Part shown: positions 17,909 to 32,482 of the stretch, one piece after another
Layout: each line of letters opens with the position of its first letter
How positions within the stretch are numbered: the stretch's first letter is position 1
NCBI GenBank assembly: GCA_030700105.1
Contig: JAUYKG010000016.1
Location: 2,863 to 66,862, forward strand
From: Candidatus Veblenbacteria bacterium
Lineage (GTDB): Bacteria; Patescibacteriota; Patescibacteriia; Veblenbacterales; UBA10138
Length of the DNA: 64,000 nt
Direction: 5' to 3'
The notes under the pieces: model-generated
Database searches by the model: none
What the model saw: only the letters and a program-made list of their open reading frames with translations
Told to the model about the DNA's origin: nothing
Translations under genes and position numbers: made by a program

Positions 17909-19405
17909 ATGTCAGACGCAACTACTAACGCACTCCTGCGCACGCTCGAGGCCGAACTTAAGGGTTTTGAGGCGCAGGTAAGCGAGGAGAAGGTTGGTAA
18001 CGTTATCGAGGTGGGCGATGGTATTGCCAGAATTTCCGGCCTCAAGGATTGTTTAGCTGCGGAGATGTTGGAGTTTCCGCACGGCATTAAGGGCGTGGCG
18101 TTGAACCTGGAGGAAGCGCAGGTGGGCGCCATGATCTTGGGAGACTACTTGGAGATCGGCCAGGGGGACATCGTTAAATCCACTGGGCAGATCTTGTCGG
18201 TGCCGGTAGGCAAGGGGCTGATCGGTCGGGTGGTGAATCCGTTGGGCGAACCTCAAGACGGCGCAGGACCAGTGAAGGCTGAGGCCACCTACCCGGTGGA
18301 GCGCATTGCACCCCGCGTTATTACCCGGCAATCGGTGAACACGCCCTTGCAGACCGGCATTAAGGCCATAGATTCCATGATTCCCATCGGCCGCGGTCAG
18401 CGTGAGCTCATTATTGGCGACCGACAGACCGGTAAGACGGCCCTCGTTATCGATACCATTATCAATCAAGCCAGCGAGAACGTGGTGTGCATTTACGTGG
18501 CTATCGGCCAAAAGGAGTCCAAGGTGGCTCGCTTGGTCGCCAAACTTAAAGAGCAGGGGGCCATGAAGTACACTATTGTAGTAGTCGCTGGTGCTTCGGT
18601 CCCGGCCGCCCTCTCGTTCCTGGCGCCCTACGCCGGCTGTGCCATGGGCGAGTACTTTATGGATAAGGGCAAGGATGTGCTTATTGTGTACGACGACCTT
18701 TCTAAGCACGCCGTGGCTTACCGCCAAATTTCACTCCTCCTTAGACGTCCGCCTGGGCGCGAGGCTTACCCTGGTGATATTTTTTACCTACACTCCCGTT
18801 TGTTGGAGCGGGCCGCCAAGCTGAACGCTGACCACGGCGGCGGCAGCCTAACCGCGTTGCCCATCATTGAAACGCAGGCCGGTGATGTGTCGGCCTACAT
18901 TCCCACCAACGTAATTTCCATTACGGACGGGCAGATTTACCTGGAATCGGATCTCTTTTACCAAGGTGTTCGTCCAGCGCTCAATGTTGGCTTGTCTGTT
19001 TCGCGCGTGGGTAGCGCCGCCCAGGCAAAGGCGATGAAGAAGGTGGCGGGCCGCCTTAGGCTGGACCTGGCGCAGTACCGCAACGTCGCAGCCTTTGCCC
19101 AATTCGGCAGCGATCTGGATGAGGCGACCAAGCAGCAGATTGAGCGCGGTAAGCGCGTCACCGAGATATTAAAACAGGGGCAGTACGAGCCTATGGTGGT
19201 GGCGCACCAGGTGGCCATTCTCTATGCCATTACCAACGGGTACCTGGACGACGTACCGGTTCTCGAGGTGAAGGCTTGGGAAAAGCGCTTTCACCAGTTT
19301 TTAAAGAATCAGGCGGTTATGAAGCAATTGGCCGACAAGCGAGAGCTTACGCCCGAACTGGAAGAGGCACTTAAGCAGGCTATTTCAGAGTTCAAGAAGC
19401 TTTAG
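17909..19405 (+). CDS. atpA: F0F1 ATP synthase subunit alpha.
   Basis: Walker A '[15 protein letters not shown]'. The start is taken at the internal ATG '[10 protein letters not shown]' (the ORF track begins at 17867). Confidence 0.9.
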   Translation: MSDATTNALLRTLEAELKGFEAQVSEEKVGNVIEVGDGIARISGLKDCLAAEMLEFPHGIKGVALNLEEAQVGAMILGDYLEIGQGDIVKSTGQILSVPVGKGLIGRVVNPLGEPQDGAGPVKAEATYPVERIAPRVITRQSVNTPLQTGIKAIDSMIPIGRGQRELIIGDRQTGKTALVIDTIINQASENVVCIYVAIGQKESKVARLVAKLKEQGAMKYTIVVVAGASVPAALSFLAPYAGCAMGEYFMDKGKDVLIVYDDLSKHAVAYRQISLLLRRPPGREAYPGDIFYLHSRLLERAAKLNADHGGGSLTALPIIETQAGDVSAYIPTNVISITDGQIYLESDLFYQGVRPALNVGLSVSRVGSAAQAKAMKKVAGRLRLDLAQYRNVAAFAQFGSDLDEATKQQIERGKRVTEILKQGQYEPMVVAHQVAILYAITNGYLDDVPVLEVKAWEKRFHQFLKNQAVMKQLADKRELTPELEEALKQAISEFKKL

Positions 19406-19416
19406 GAAAAACGCGT

Positions 19417-21773
<2,357 letters not shown>

Positions 21774-21781
21774 CGCTTGCC

Positions 21782-22231
21782 ATGACCAAGACTCTTTACT
21801 TCCAAATTGCCACACCCGAGCGCGTAGTGTTCACTGCCGAGGTAGCCGAGGCAATCACTTTGCCGACCGAGCTCGGCGAGGTAACCATTCTGCCTGACCA
21901 CCTGCCTTTGGTAGCAAGCCTAAGGCCAGGTGAGGTGCGAGTGCGGGTTGGCGGGCAAGAGGTTACTATGGCTGTTTCGGGGGGTTTTATAGAGGTTCGA
22001 CCGGGCAAAGTAACTGTGCTCGCTGATACGGCCGAACACGCGGAAGAGCTGGACGAAAGGCGTGCGGAAGAGGCGCGCCAACGCGCGCACGAGCTTATGA
22101 GCAAGGAGCGCGCAGCCGAAGGCACTGATTACGCTGCTCTGGCGGCCAAGCTGGAGAAGGAGCTGGCGCGGTTGCGGGTGGTGCGCAAACACCGCGAACG
22201 CAAGGGTTTTGGAACACAGAATGTTGGTTAG
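21782..22231 (+). CDS. atpC: F0F1 ATP synthase subunit epsilon.
   Basis: 149 aa with 'LYFQIATPERVVFTAEVAEAITLPTELGEVTILPDHLPLVASLRPGEV' and a C-terminal helical hairpin. Confidence 0.85.
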   Translation: MTKTLYFQIATPERVVFTAEVAEAITLPTELGEVTILPDHLPLVASLRPGEVRVRVGGQEVTMAVSGGFIEVRPGKVTVLADTAEHAEELDERRAEEARQRAHELMSKERAAEGTDYAALAAKLEKELARLRVVRKHRERKGFGTQNVG

Positions 22232-22285
22232 TTTTTATGTATGCTTTACGTTGAAATTAAAATGAACTAAAACAAACCTAGAATT

Positions 22286-23053
22286 ATGAAGGGAGAACAA
22301 CACATGGAGCACATAAACAAAGACTTGTTGGACCGATTTTGGCAGGAACAGCAGGAATCGCTCGTTCGTTTGGGTGAGGTGGGGGCGGAGAAGTACTTTA
22401 TGTCTGTTGAAAATTTAGCAAAGGCCTTTGAGCTCCGGGACCGTTGTTTGCGGTGCATAGACGAGGGGACGGAAGGGGGAGTACACATGGCTGGTTCCGG
22501 CATCTTGAACAAGGAAGCTGCCGTTGAACTGGTGCAGGAGGCCGGAGTAGAGGGTATTTACAGCCACGCTGGTTGCGGTGCCGCTGCGCTCTACGCCAAG
22601 CAAGCTGGATTGGAGGTGAACGCGGACGATCTTGGCATTGATTGGGCCAAGGAGTTGGCTCAGAAAGTAGGTGTGCCGTATCAGGGGCATATAGGTTATG
22701 AAGATATGGTGCGACCAGCGGAGTTTCATATTGCCCGCCTGGCCTACTACGATAGTACAGGCACGTTCGATCCTTCTCGTATTGCGGGTTTGCCAGCAGG
22801 TTTTGTAATAAGCCGCCGTTACTTGAGTGGTGACTATGCCCAGAAAGAAGCGGAGATCGCCACTGCCATTGCTTTAGGTGAGCATGGTTTTGGAGAAAAG
22901 ATAACAGCTGAAGCCCCATTCTATTTGGTGGCTATTGGTGATGCTAAGGGGGATGGATTGTCAAAAGAGGCGCTGGTAGAAGAACTGTCAGCCATTGCTA
23001 AAACGAATAAGGGCCGCGTGATAGCTGCTGGATTTACTGCACCACTAGGGTAA
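22286..23053 (+). CDS. Hypothetical cytoplasmic protein (255 aa).
   Basis: Coding-like composition with an RBS-proximal ATG. No motif I can assign; 'YSHAGCGAAALYAKQAG' is the only Cys/His cluster. Confidence 0.45.
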   Translation: MKGEQHMEHINKDLLDRFWQEQQESLVRLGEVGAEKYFMSVENLAKAFELRDRCLRCIDEGTEGGVHMAGSGILNKEAAVELVQEAGVEGIYSHAGCGAAALYAKQAGLEVNADDLGIDWAKELAQKVGVPYQGHIGYEDMVRPAEFHIARLAYYDSTGTFDPSRIAGLPAGFVISRRYLSGDYAQKEAEIATAIALGEHGFGEKITAEAPFYLVAIGDAKGDGLSKEALVEELSAIAKTNKGRVIAAGFTAPLG

Positions 23054-23135
23054 CGCGGTGAAACAGGTGTGGGTCTACCTAAGTATGGTAGGCCCCTTTT
23101 TGTTATGCCCAAACCCAGCGTGGTACACTACTAAT

Positions 23136-26100
23136 ATGTCGCCCGAAGCAAAGGCCCAGATTTTAAAGGAATTGAATAGTGAGCAGCAAGCGGCCGTTAC
23201 CCATGGGGAGGGGCCGCTCTTGATTGTGGCTGGCGCCGGTACGGGCAAAACCACGGTCATCACCCGGCGCATCGCCTGGCTTATCGAACAGGGGCTGGCC
23301 AAGCCAGAAGAGATTCTAGCTCTCACCTTTACCGATAAGGCGTCTCAAGAAATGGAAGAGCGGGTGGATAGGGTACTGCCTATGGGTTATGTGAACGTGT
23401 GGGTATCCACGTTCCATGCTTTTGGTGAGCGCGTATTGCAAGATTGGGGGTTAGAGATTGGCGTGCCCAACAACTTTAGGCTCCTCACCCAGGCTGAGCA
23501 GTGGATGTTGGTGCGGAACAACCTCAGCCGTTTCCATTTGGATTACTACCGTCCCCTCGGGAACCCCACCCGGTTCATTCACGCCCTTCTGCAGCATTTC
23601 TCGCGCGCCAAGGACGAGGAAGTATATCCGGATGATTACCTTAAACTAGCACAAGATAAGCAGCTGGACAGCGGCGCCACTGAGTACTTGAAAAAGTCAA
23701 AAGCAAAAACTAAAAAGCCGAAAGCAAAGAAAGGACAACCCACTCAAAGTATCGACGAGTTGTCTAAGGAAACAGAAGTGGCGCGCTTACTGGAGGTAGC
23801 CGAAGCCTACAAAACCTATCAAGACCTGCTGCACAAACAGGGCGTGTTGGACTTTGGCGACCTTATTAACTACACTCTTAAGCTCTTCCGCCTGCGTCCT
23901 CGGGTGCTGGAACATTATCGTAAGCAGTTCAAGTACATTCTGGTGGATGAGTTTCAGGATACTAACTACGCCCAGTACGAACTGCTGAAGCTTTTGGCTG
24001 CTCCCGCCAACAACATCACCGTGGTGGGGGATGACGACCAATCCATTTACAAATTCCGCGGCGCTTCCATTTCTAACATTCTGGAGTTCAAGCAAGATTA
24101 CCCGCAAAGCCGAGAGGTATTCTTAACCGTGAACTACCGCAGCTACCAGAATATCCTGGATACGGCGTATGAATTCATTCAGCTCAACAATCCGTACCGG
24201 CTGGAGGTAAGGTTGGCTCGTAAAGGCAAGAGCCTGTCGAAAAAACTGGTGGCGGACAGAACAGGTACGGGCGAGGTGGAGCACCTCTTATTCGGCACAG
24301 GCCAGGACGAGGCCGAGGGTGTGGTGACAAAAATCCTTGAGCTGCAGAAAAAGAGCAAGGCCAACTGGAGTGACTTCGCGATCTTGGTGCGGGCCAATGC
24401 CCAGGCCCAGTTCTTCCTGCAGGCTCTGCGGCGGGCCAAACTGCCGCATACCTACGTGGCCAACCGCGGCCTGTATGCTGAAGATATTATTGTTTTCCTG
24501 GTGAGCTACCTTAAGCTCTTGGACAACTACCATGAATCAGAAGCCCTCTACCGCGTCTTGGCGGGTCAGCCTTTTGCGCTGTCGTACGAAGACCTTTCTA
24601 AGCTTTCCTACCACGCGCGTAAGTACACCACTTCGCTCTTTGAGGCACTTAAGGTATCGGCCGCTATTGGGCTTAGTGAGCCTGGGGTAGTGGCAGTCAA
24701 AGAGCTCCTTAGCCTTATTGAGAGGCACACGGTGTTGGCGCGGGGGCGTAGTGCGGCCGAGGTGTACGTTACGGCAGTGAACGATCTCGGCGTGAACGAA
24801 CGGCTGCAGCACCCGGCGGCGGCGCGCGAGGCCCAGCTCTTAACGGCATTTTATCAGCGGCTCCAGCGCTACGAAGCCGACACCAGCGACCGTACCTTGG
24901 TTAGCTTCATGCGGTACTTGGAACTGGAGATGGAATCGGGTGAAGAAGGGGAACTACCTCCCGACACCGAGGAAGGGCCGGAGACTGTGAAGGTGATTAC
25001 GGTGCACTCGGCTAAAGGTTTGGAGTGGCGCTATGTGTTCATTGTTCAGCTCGTGGATCGCCGGTTTCCCTCGGTGGAGCGGCGCGAGGCAATAGAGCTG
25101 CCTAGTGAACTTATTAAGGAAACGTTGCCGGAAGGTGATGTCCATCTGCAGGAAGAGAGGCGGCTCTTTTACGTGGGGCTTACGCGCGCCCGGGACGGCC
25201 TATTCCTCACCCGCGCGCATGATTACTTTGGAAAGACCATGCGTCGCCCCTCCCGTTTTCTGGTTGAACTCGGGTTGGTGAGCGGGGAAGAGGTCAAAGC
25301 GCCGCCGCCGCGTTTAACCGCTCCCCAGGTGGTGCAGGAGAGTGCCGCAGCTAGGTTCGCGGTGCCGGAGAGTTTTTCGTTCAGTTCCATATCGGCGTTT
25401 AAAAAGTGCCCGCTGGAATTCAAATACCGTTACCTACTCAGATTGCCTGAGCCCGGCGCGCACCCCTTGAGTTTTGGTAGCACCATACACAAAACCCTGG
25501 AACTCTTCCTTAAGCTCTGGCAGCAGCGTGCGCGGTCGGTCCAGGCCGACCTATTTGGTGGTAAGCGTGGTTCGGCTCAGCTACCTTCGTTCGAGGAGCT
25601 TAAGAAAATTTATGCTTCGGCTTGGGTGGATGAGTGGTACCCTGACCAGGGAACAAAACAGGAGTACCGCGATAAACGGGGGCCGGCCCAGCTCAAGAAT
25701 TTTTACGACGTGGTGGTAGCTACCCCACCCAAGGTAAAGTATCTGGAACAGTTCTTTAAGATTGGCCTGGGCCCGTACAAGTTCGTAGGTAAGGTGGACC
25801 GTATGGATGAAGCGGCGGAAGCCGTGGCTATTATTGATTACAAAACCGGGGCAGAGCCGGCTAAGGGATTGGAAAAAGTGGATCGCGATCAGCTCACTAT
25901 TTATCAAATAGCAGCCGAAGAATTTTTTAGGGAGCAGGTGGTAAGTGCCAAGTACTGGTACCTGCAGCCTAACAGCTTTTCTCCGGAATTCGTGGCCAGC
26001 CCCGAGCAGGTGCGTACCCTCAAGGGCGAGTACGCAGCGTTCATTAAGGACATTATTCAGACCATAGAAACAGATTCATTCGCAGCCGTGGATGAAAGCG

Positions 26101-26141
26101 TGCGGCACGATTGCCGCTACCGCAAGTTGGGACTCACCTAG
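23136..26141 (+). CDS. UvrD/PcrA/AddA-like SF1 DNA helicase with a C-terminal PD-(D/E)XK (RecB/Cas4-like) nuclease domain.
   Basis: Walker A 'AGAGTGKTTVITRRIAWL' and helicase motifs 'ILVDEFQDTN', 'VVGDDDQSIYKFRGA', 'VHSAKGLEW' and 'LFYVGLTRARD'. C-terminal 'CPLEFKYRYLL...' and 'GKVDRMDE...AIIDYKTG' match a nuclease core. The start is taken at 'MSPEAKAQ'. Confidence 0.8.
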   Translation: MSPEAKAQILKELNSEQQAAVTHGEGPLLIVAGAGTGKTTVITRRIAWLIEQGLAKPEEILALTFTDKASQEMEERVDRVLPMGYVNVWVSTFHAFGERVLQDWGLEIGVPNNFRLLTQAEQWMLVRNNLSRFHLDYYRPLGNPTRFIHALLQHFSRAKDEEVYPDDYLKLAQDKQLDSGATEYLKKSKAKTKKPKAKKGQPTQSIDELSKETEVARLLEVAEAYKTYQDLLHKQGVLDFGDLINYTLKLFRLRPRVLEHYRKQFKYILVDEFQDTNYAQYELLKLLAAPANNITVVGDDDQSIYKFRGASISNILEFKQDYPQSREVFLTVNYRSYQNILDTAYEFIQLNNPYRLEVRLARKGKSLSKKLVADRTGTGEVEHLLFGTGQDEAEGVVTKILELQKKSKANWSDFAILVRANAQAQFFLQALRRAKLPHTYVANRGLYAEDIIVFLVSYLKLLDNYHESEALYRVLAGQPFALSYEDLSKLSYHARKYTTSLFEALKVSAAIGLSEPGVVAVKELLSLIERHTVLARGRSAAEVYVTAVNDLGVNERLQHPAAAREAQLLTAFYQRLQRYEADTSDRTLVSFMRYLELEMESGEEGELPPDTEEGPETVKVITVHSAKGLEWRYVFIVQLVDRRFPSVERREAIELPSELIKETLPEGDVHLQEERRLFYVGLTRARDGLFLTRAHDYFGKTMRRPSRFLVELGLVSGEEVKAPPPRLTAPQVVQESAAARFAVPESFSFSSISAFKKCPLEFKYRYLLRLPEPGAHPLSFGSTIHKTLELFLKLWQQRARSVQADLFGGKRGSAQLPSFEELKKIYASAWVDEWYPDQGTKQEYRDKRGPAQLKNFYDVVVATPPKVKYLEQFFKIGLGPYKFVGKVDRMDEAAEAVAIIDYKTGAEPAKGLEKVDRDQLTIYQIAAEEFFREQVVSAKYWYLQPNSFSPEFVASPEQVRTLKGEYAAFIKDIIQTIETDSFAAVDESVRHDCRYRKLGLT

Positions 26142-26146
26142 GGCTT

Positions 26147-26437
26147 ATGTTCTTTGAGCTTAAATCAATTCTCCAGCGCCGCCTCCGGCAACAAGGGATA
26201 GGGCAGGCGGTGGCCGCGGAACAAGCTACCACTGCTTTCCGTGCTCTGGTGGCGGAACGGTTCGGGGCATCCGCCGCTGCGGGTTTGCGCCAGGTGGCGC
26301 TGAGGGGTGACACCATTGAGATAAGTGCTGGTTCAGGAGCCTTGGCGGCTGAACTGCGGATACGGGAAAGTGAGTTTTCTCAAGCACTTGCAACCAAGCT
26401 TGATGGTGTGGTTTACCGATTAAAAGTTTTTGCCTAA
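26147..26437 (+). CDS. DUF721 (DciA-like) small protein.
   Basis: ~96 aa with 'LRQVALRGDTIEISAGSGALAAELRIRESEFSQALATKL', which resembles the DUF721 pattern. Start taken at 'MFFELKS'. Confidence 0.4.
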   Translation: MFFELKSILQRRLRQQGIGQAVAAEQATTAFRALVAERFGASAAAGLRQVALRGDTIEISAGSGALAAELRIRESEFSQALATKLDGVVYRLKVFA

Positions 26438-26553
26438 GGTTAGCCAATTATTTAAGGTATTTCCGGAGTTTATCTTACTTGCCTAAATAGGGTAAATTTG
26501 CTACAATTTAATGGTAAGGGTGACCTTAGTTTTTCTTTTGTCTTAGCCAAATT

Positions 26554-26946
26554 ATGACACTTCGGCAGTACCTTTCTTGGCTGGCTCTCGGCACGGGGAT
26601 TTCCTGGGGGGCGTTCGGGCTCGTGCTTTCGTACTTGAACCCGGAAACAGCTGGCAATATCGGGTTCTTGTTCTTTTATCTCTCGGTATTTTTAAGCCTC
26701 ACTGGCACGTTGACGCTCATAGGTTTTGCCTGGCGGTACTTAAGGCACCGCGATGAGGTACTTTTTCGTCATGTTTCCATTTCTTTCCGCCAAGGAGTGC
26801 TACTCGCTTTTATGGTGGTAGTGGCGCTTTGGCTGGAAGCACACGAACTTTTAACCTGGTGGAACCTCGGGCTCTTGGTGGTCGGCCTTACGCTCTTGGA
26901 ATTCTTTTGGTTGTCGGTGCGGCGGAGTGCTCCGTCGGCGATGTAA
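26554..26946 (+). CDS. Small integral membrane protein (4 TM).
   Basis: Hydrophobic segments 'LSWLALGTGISWGAFGLVLSYL', 'IGFLFFYLSVFLSLTGTLTLIGFAW', 'VLLAFMVVVALWL' and 'LGLLVVGLTLLEFFWL'. Confidence 0.5.
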   Translation: MTLRQYLSWLALGTGISWGAFGLVLSYLNPETAGNIGFLFFYLSVFLSLTGTLTLIGFAWRYLRHRDEVLFRHVSISFRQGVLLAFMVVVALWLEAHELLTWWNLGLLVVGLTLLEFFWLSVRRSAPSAM

Positions 26947-26960
26947 CTTGTCTTGTGAGT

Positions 26961-27983
26961 ATGTCGTTGAAAGAGGAGCTCGAGCAGTTGCGGCAGCGAG
27001 CACTTCATGAGCTAAAGGGTCTTAAGGATAGTAGTGGCCTGGCTGAACTGGAGGTGAAGTACTTGGGGCGCAAGGGCGAACTGGCACGCGGCTTAAAAGC
27101 GCTGCAGGATGTGGTGGCGGAGGAGCGTCCCCGTTTGGGTGAACTCGCCAACCAGGTAAAGCGCGAGGTGGAGGAAGCCTTCGCGACCATAAAGCAAAAA
27201 TTCGGCAACGGAACTCCCGCGCCGATAGATGTGACGTTGCCTGGTATTCCGCCGCTCCGTGGCCACCTGCACCCGGTGCTGGCAGTGCAGCGGGAATTAG
27301 AAGAGCTTTTTCGTTCTATGGGGTTCATGGTGCTGGACGGGCCGGAGCTCGAGAGTGAGTTCTACAACTTTGAGGCTCTGAACATTCCCGCCTGGCACCC
27401 GGCGCGGGATACGCAGGACACTTTCTATGTGAAGGGTGGCGAACCCAAGAATCGCTGGCTCTTGCGCACACATACTTCACCCGTACAGGTGCGGGCCTTG
27501 CAGGATTACGGTGCGCCTATTCGCGCGATCGTGCCTGGCAGGGTGTTCCGCTATGAAGCCACCGACGCCTCACATGAAACCACGTTTTGGCAAATGGAGG
27601 GTTTGGTGGTGGATAAGGATATTTCCGTTTCCCACCTTATCGCCACTATGAAAGCGCTCCTCACTGGTATATTCAAGCGCGAGGTGGAGGTGCGCTTACG
27701 GCCTGGCTATTTTCCTTTTGTGGAACCAGGTTTCGAGCTGGATATCAAGTGTCTGGTGTGCGGCGGCACGGGCTGCAGCGTATGTAAACACAGCGGCTGG
27801 GTGGAGCTCTTGCCCTGCGGTTTGGTTCATCCCAAGGTGCTGGAGTACGGGGGCGTGAACCCGAAGGAGTATAGCGGTTTCGCCTTCGGTTTAGGGCTGT
27901 CGCGTCTTGCCATGATGCGCTATAAGATAGATGACATTCGTTTGTTACTCTCTGGCGATTTGAGGTTCTTGGAACAGTTTTAG
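26961..27983 (+). CDS. pheS: Phenylalanine--tRNA ligase alpha subunit.
   Basis: Class II aaRS motifs 'FRYEATDASHETTFWQMEGLVVD' and 'GFAFGLGLSRLAMM'. Start taken at 'MSLKEELEQL'. Confidence 0.9.
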   Translation: MSLKEELEQLRQRALHELKGLKDSSGLAELEVKYLGRKGELARGLKALQDVVAEERPRLGELANQVKREVEEAFATIKQKFGNGTPAPIDVTLPGIPPLRGHLHPVLAVQRELEELFRSMGFMVLDGPELESEFYNFEALNIPAWHPARDTQDTFYVKGGEPKNRWLLRTHTSPVQVRALQDYGAPIRAIVPGRVFRYEATDASHETTFWQMEGLVVDKDISVSHLIATMKALLTGIFKREVEVRLRPGYFPFVEPGFELDIKCLVCGGTGCSVCKHSGWVELLPCGLVHPKVLEYGGVNPKEYSGFAFGLGLSRLAMMRYKIDDIRLLLSGDLRFLEQF

Positions 27984-27986
27984 TGC

Positions 27987-30269
27987 ATGAAGATTTCCTA
28001 TAACATACTCAAGACTTTCGTTACTCCGCCTGCGGGCAACACGGGGCGTAGCTTGGCGGAAACACTCACCATGCGCACAGTGGAGGTGGAGAGCTACCAC
28101 GATCAGGCTGGGCGCCTGGCAGGTGTGGTGGTCGGTTTGGTTACGGCTGTACGGCCCCACCCGAACGCAGACAAGCTCAGGCTGGCCCAGGTGGGCACTG
28201 GCAAGCACAAACTTGAGGTGGTGTGCGGTGGTGTTAATTTGCAGGAAGGTATGAAGGTCGCTTTTGCCAACATCGGTACTAAGGTGCGCTGGCACGGACA
28301 GGGTGACTGGGTGACTTTGGAGCAGGTGAGCATTAGGGGGGTGGAATCAGCCGGGATGATCTGTGCAGCCGAGGAATTGGCCCTTATGGACTCCGCTGCA
28401 GTGGAGCACGGCATTATGGACCTCTCGTACCTTACTGCCAAACCAGGTACGCCCCTAGCTGAGGCGCTTGGCTTACACGACATTATACTTGAGGTTGATA
28501 ATAAATCGGTTACCCACCGGCCTGATCTGTGGGGGCACTTGGGATTGGCGCGGGAGTTGGCAGCTATTTGGCAGGTACCGTTTACGCTTCCTGAGCCGCC
28601 TACGCTCGCTGGCGGAGCCGAGGCTCGGCTTAAGGTGACTATTGAGGCGCCGGAGCACTGCCAGCGCTACCTTGGTGTAGTAGTGGCTGGCCTCAAGGTA
28701 GCCGAGAGCCCAGCCTGGCTTAAGCAGCAGCTTGTAAGTTTAGGTGTGAGGTCGATCAACAATGTGGTTGATGTTACGAACTATGTTATGCACGAGCTAG
28801 GACAGCCTTTGCACGCGTTCGACCTTGCCAGACTGGCTGGGCCAGAAATTGTGGTCCGTTTGGCCAAGCGAGGGGAAAAGCTTGTTACGCTTGATGGCTC
28901 AGAGCGCAAACTAGAGGCAGACAGTCTGGTGATCGCCGATGCCAAACACGTCCAGGCCGTAGCTGGTGTTATGGGTGGGCAGGCGAGTGAGGTGGGGAGT
29001 ACTACTACCACCATTGTGTTGGAATCAGCTACGTTCGACCCGGTGAGTGTTCGCTTAACAGCTGGCAAACTGGGTTTGCGTACGGATGCCTCTATGAGGT
29101 TTGAGAAAGGTTTGGACCCGGCTCTGGCCGAACTAGCGCTTAGGCGCGCCGTTCAACTACTGGCAGAGGTTTGTCCTGGTGCCCATGTGGTGAGCAATGT
29201 GGCAGACACATATCCCAGGCCGCTTGAGCTTGTGAAATTAAACTTAAACCTGCCCTGGTTCTGGAAGCGTCTGGGCTGCGAAATTCCACGCGCAGAAGTT
29301 GTGGGAATTTTGGAGCGTTTGGGGTTCAAGATTACGGGTAAGGGCGACGACTTGGAGGTTAAGGTTCCAAGTTGGCGCGCCACGCGGGACATCACGATAC
29401 CAGAGGACCTGATAGAGGAGGTGGCGCGCATTTACGGCTACGACAAGATTCCACTGGCTATGCCAAAATTCGACATCACGCCGCCACCAGTGGACGAGGC
29501 CCAAGCTCTGCGCTGGAAGATTCGTGATTTGTTAGTGGGTGCGGGCTGGACTGAAACGCTGTCGTACTCGTTTTCACGTTCGGGACAGAAACCTGAGCAG
29601 TCTCTCGAACTGGTGAATCCTATTGACCAGACTAGGCGGTGGTTGCGAACCAGCGTTTATGACACCCTGCACGAGCAATTTAAAACCGCCCGCCGCGCTG
29701 ACGAAGGCATGTCACTTAAGTTTTTTGAGCTTGGACGCGTATTCAGCTCACAGGTGGGAGATTGGCCAAGTCAAGTTACAGGCCAGGACAGGCTACCAGC
29801 CCAGCCATGGCACCTTGCGTTAGCAGCCTTTGACCAAAGGCGTGGCAGCCTGTCCGTCATTAGAGGAGCACTCAAATTGTTGGAAAAGTCTTTGAGCATT
29901 AAATTGCCAGATAACCCGTCGTACCATAAGTTTGGAGGCGGTGCCGTCCTAGTTGAAGTTGATCTAACTGGTATCAAGTCGGGCGAAGCACGCACACTTA
30001 TTCCTATACCCAAATATCCGAGCGTAACACGTGACGTATCTGTTGTGGTGCCAGAGGGGACTTCTTGGGAAAACATAGAAGCCGCAGTAAAAGTATCGAA
30101 ACTCATTGAGTCGGTGGAGGTATTTGACGTGTATGAGGCTAAAAGGAGCATTGCTTATCGTCTTACGTTTCGTGCACCGGATCGCACCTTGAAGTCTGAG
30201 GAAGTTGATGAGGTTATGGCGAAGATTACCAAGCTTTTACAAGATAAATTTAACGCTACTATCCGCTAG
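27987..30269 (+). CDS. pheT: Phenylalanine--tRNA ligase beta subunit.
   Basis: 760 aa immediately after pheS, with a B3/4 domain, a B5 domain and a C-terminal anticodon-binding/FDX-like domain ('VFDVYEAK...IAYRLTFRAPDRTL'). Confidence 0.85.
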   Translation: MKISYNILKTFVTPPAGNTGRSLAETLTMRTVEVESYHDQAGRLAGVVVGLVTAVRPHPNADKLRLAQVGTGKHKLEVVCGGVNLQEGMKVAFANIGTKVRWHGQGDWVTLEQVSIRGVESAGMICAAEELALMDSAAVEHGIMDLSYLTAKPGTPLAEALGLHDIILEVDNKSVTHRPDLWGHLGLARELAAIWQVPFTLPEPPTLAGGAEARLKVTIEAPEHCQRYLGVVVAGLKVAESPAWLKQQLVSLGVRSINNVVDVTNYVMHELGQPLHAFDLARLAGPEIVVRLAKRGEKLVTLDGSERKLEADSLVIADAKHVQAVAGVMGGQASEVGSTTTTIVLESATFDPVSVRLTAGKLGLRTDASMRFEKGLDPALAELALRRAVQLLAEVCPGAHVVSNVADTYPRPLELVKLNLNLPWFWKRLGCEIPRAEVVGILERLGFKITGKGDDLEVKVPSWRATRDITIPEDLIEEVARIYGYDKIPLAMPKFDITPPPVDEAQALRWKIRDLLVGAGWTETLSYSFSRSGQKPEQSLELVNPIDQTRRWLRTSVYDTLHEQFKTARRADEGMSLKFFELGRVFSSQVGDWPSQVTGQDRLPAQPWHLALAAFDQRRGSLSVIRGALKLLEKSLSIKLPDNPSYHKFGGGAVLVEVDLTGIKSGEARTLIPIPKYPSVTRDVSVVVPEGTSWENIEAAVKVSKLIESVEVFDVYEAKRSIAYRLTFRAPDRTLKSEEVDEVMAKITKLLQDKFNATIR

Positions 30270-32309
<2,040 letters not shown>

Positions 32310-32325
32310 GATACCCTTCGCACAA

Positions 32326-32370
32326 GAACCACTGCCTCCCGGATAAGCGAGGCAGTGGTTCTTTGCTACT
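32326..32370 (+). terminator. Intrinsic terminator after gyrB.
   Basis: A perfect 13-bp stem (GAACCACTGCCTC / GAGGCAGTGGTTC) with a 10-nt loop, followed by TTTGCTACTTT. Confidence 0.6.
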
Positions 32371-32410
32371 TTAGATAGAAGAGCTATCCGTTCTGTGCTA
32401 CGCCCCCCGG

Positions 32411-32421
32411 TGTGGTATAGT
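32411..32421 (+). promoter_or_regulatory. Candidate extended -10 promoter for the radical SAM gene.
   Basis: TGgTATAGT at 32413..32421 in an AT-rich spacer. An RBS AAGGAG lies 8 nt before the ATG at 32483. Confidence 0.3.
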
Positions 32422-32482
32422 GATAATAAATAGTAGAAATCAAACAATTCTTTAACAAAAACATATAGAAAGGAGTGGGTCT

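Noticed and set aside
18053-18727. 224-aa minus-strand ORF overlapping atpA. Similar antisense ORFs overlap atpD (20882..21385) and atpB (15673..16143).
   Set aside because: They are antisense to confidently identified ATP synthase genes with conserved motifs, so they are compositional artefacts.
22398-22919. 173-aa minus-strand ORF antisense to the 22286..23053 hypothetical gene.
   Set aside because: The sense frame is longer, starts at an RBS-proximal ATG directly after atpC, and has a more protein-like composition. The antisense product is P/R/Q-rich and low-complexity.
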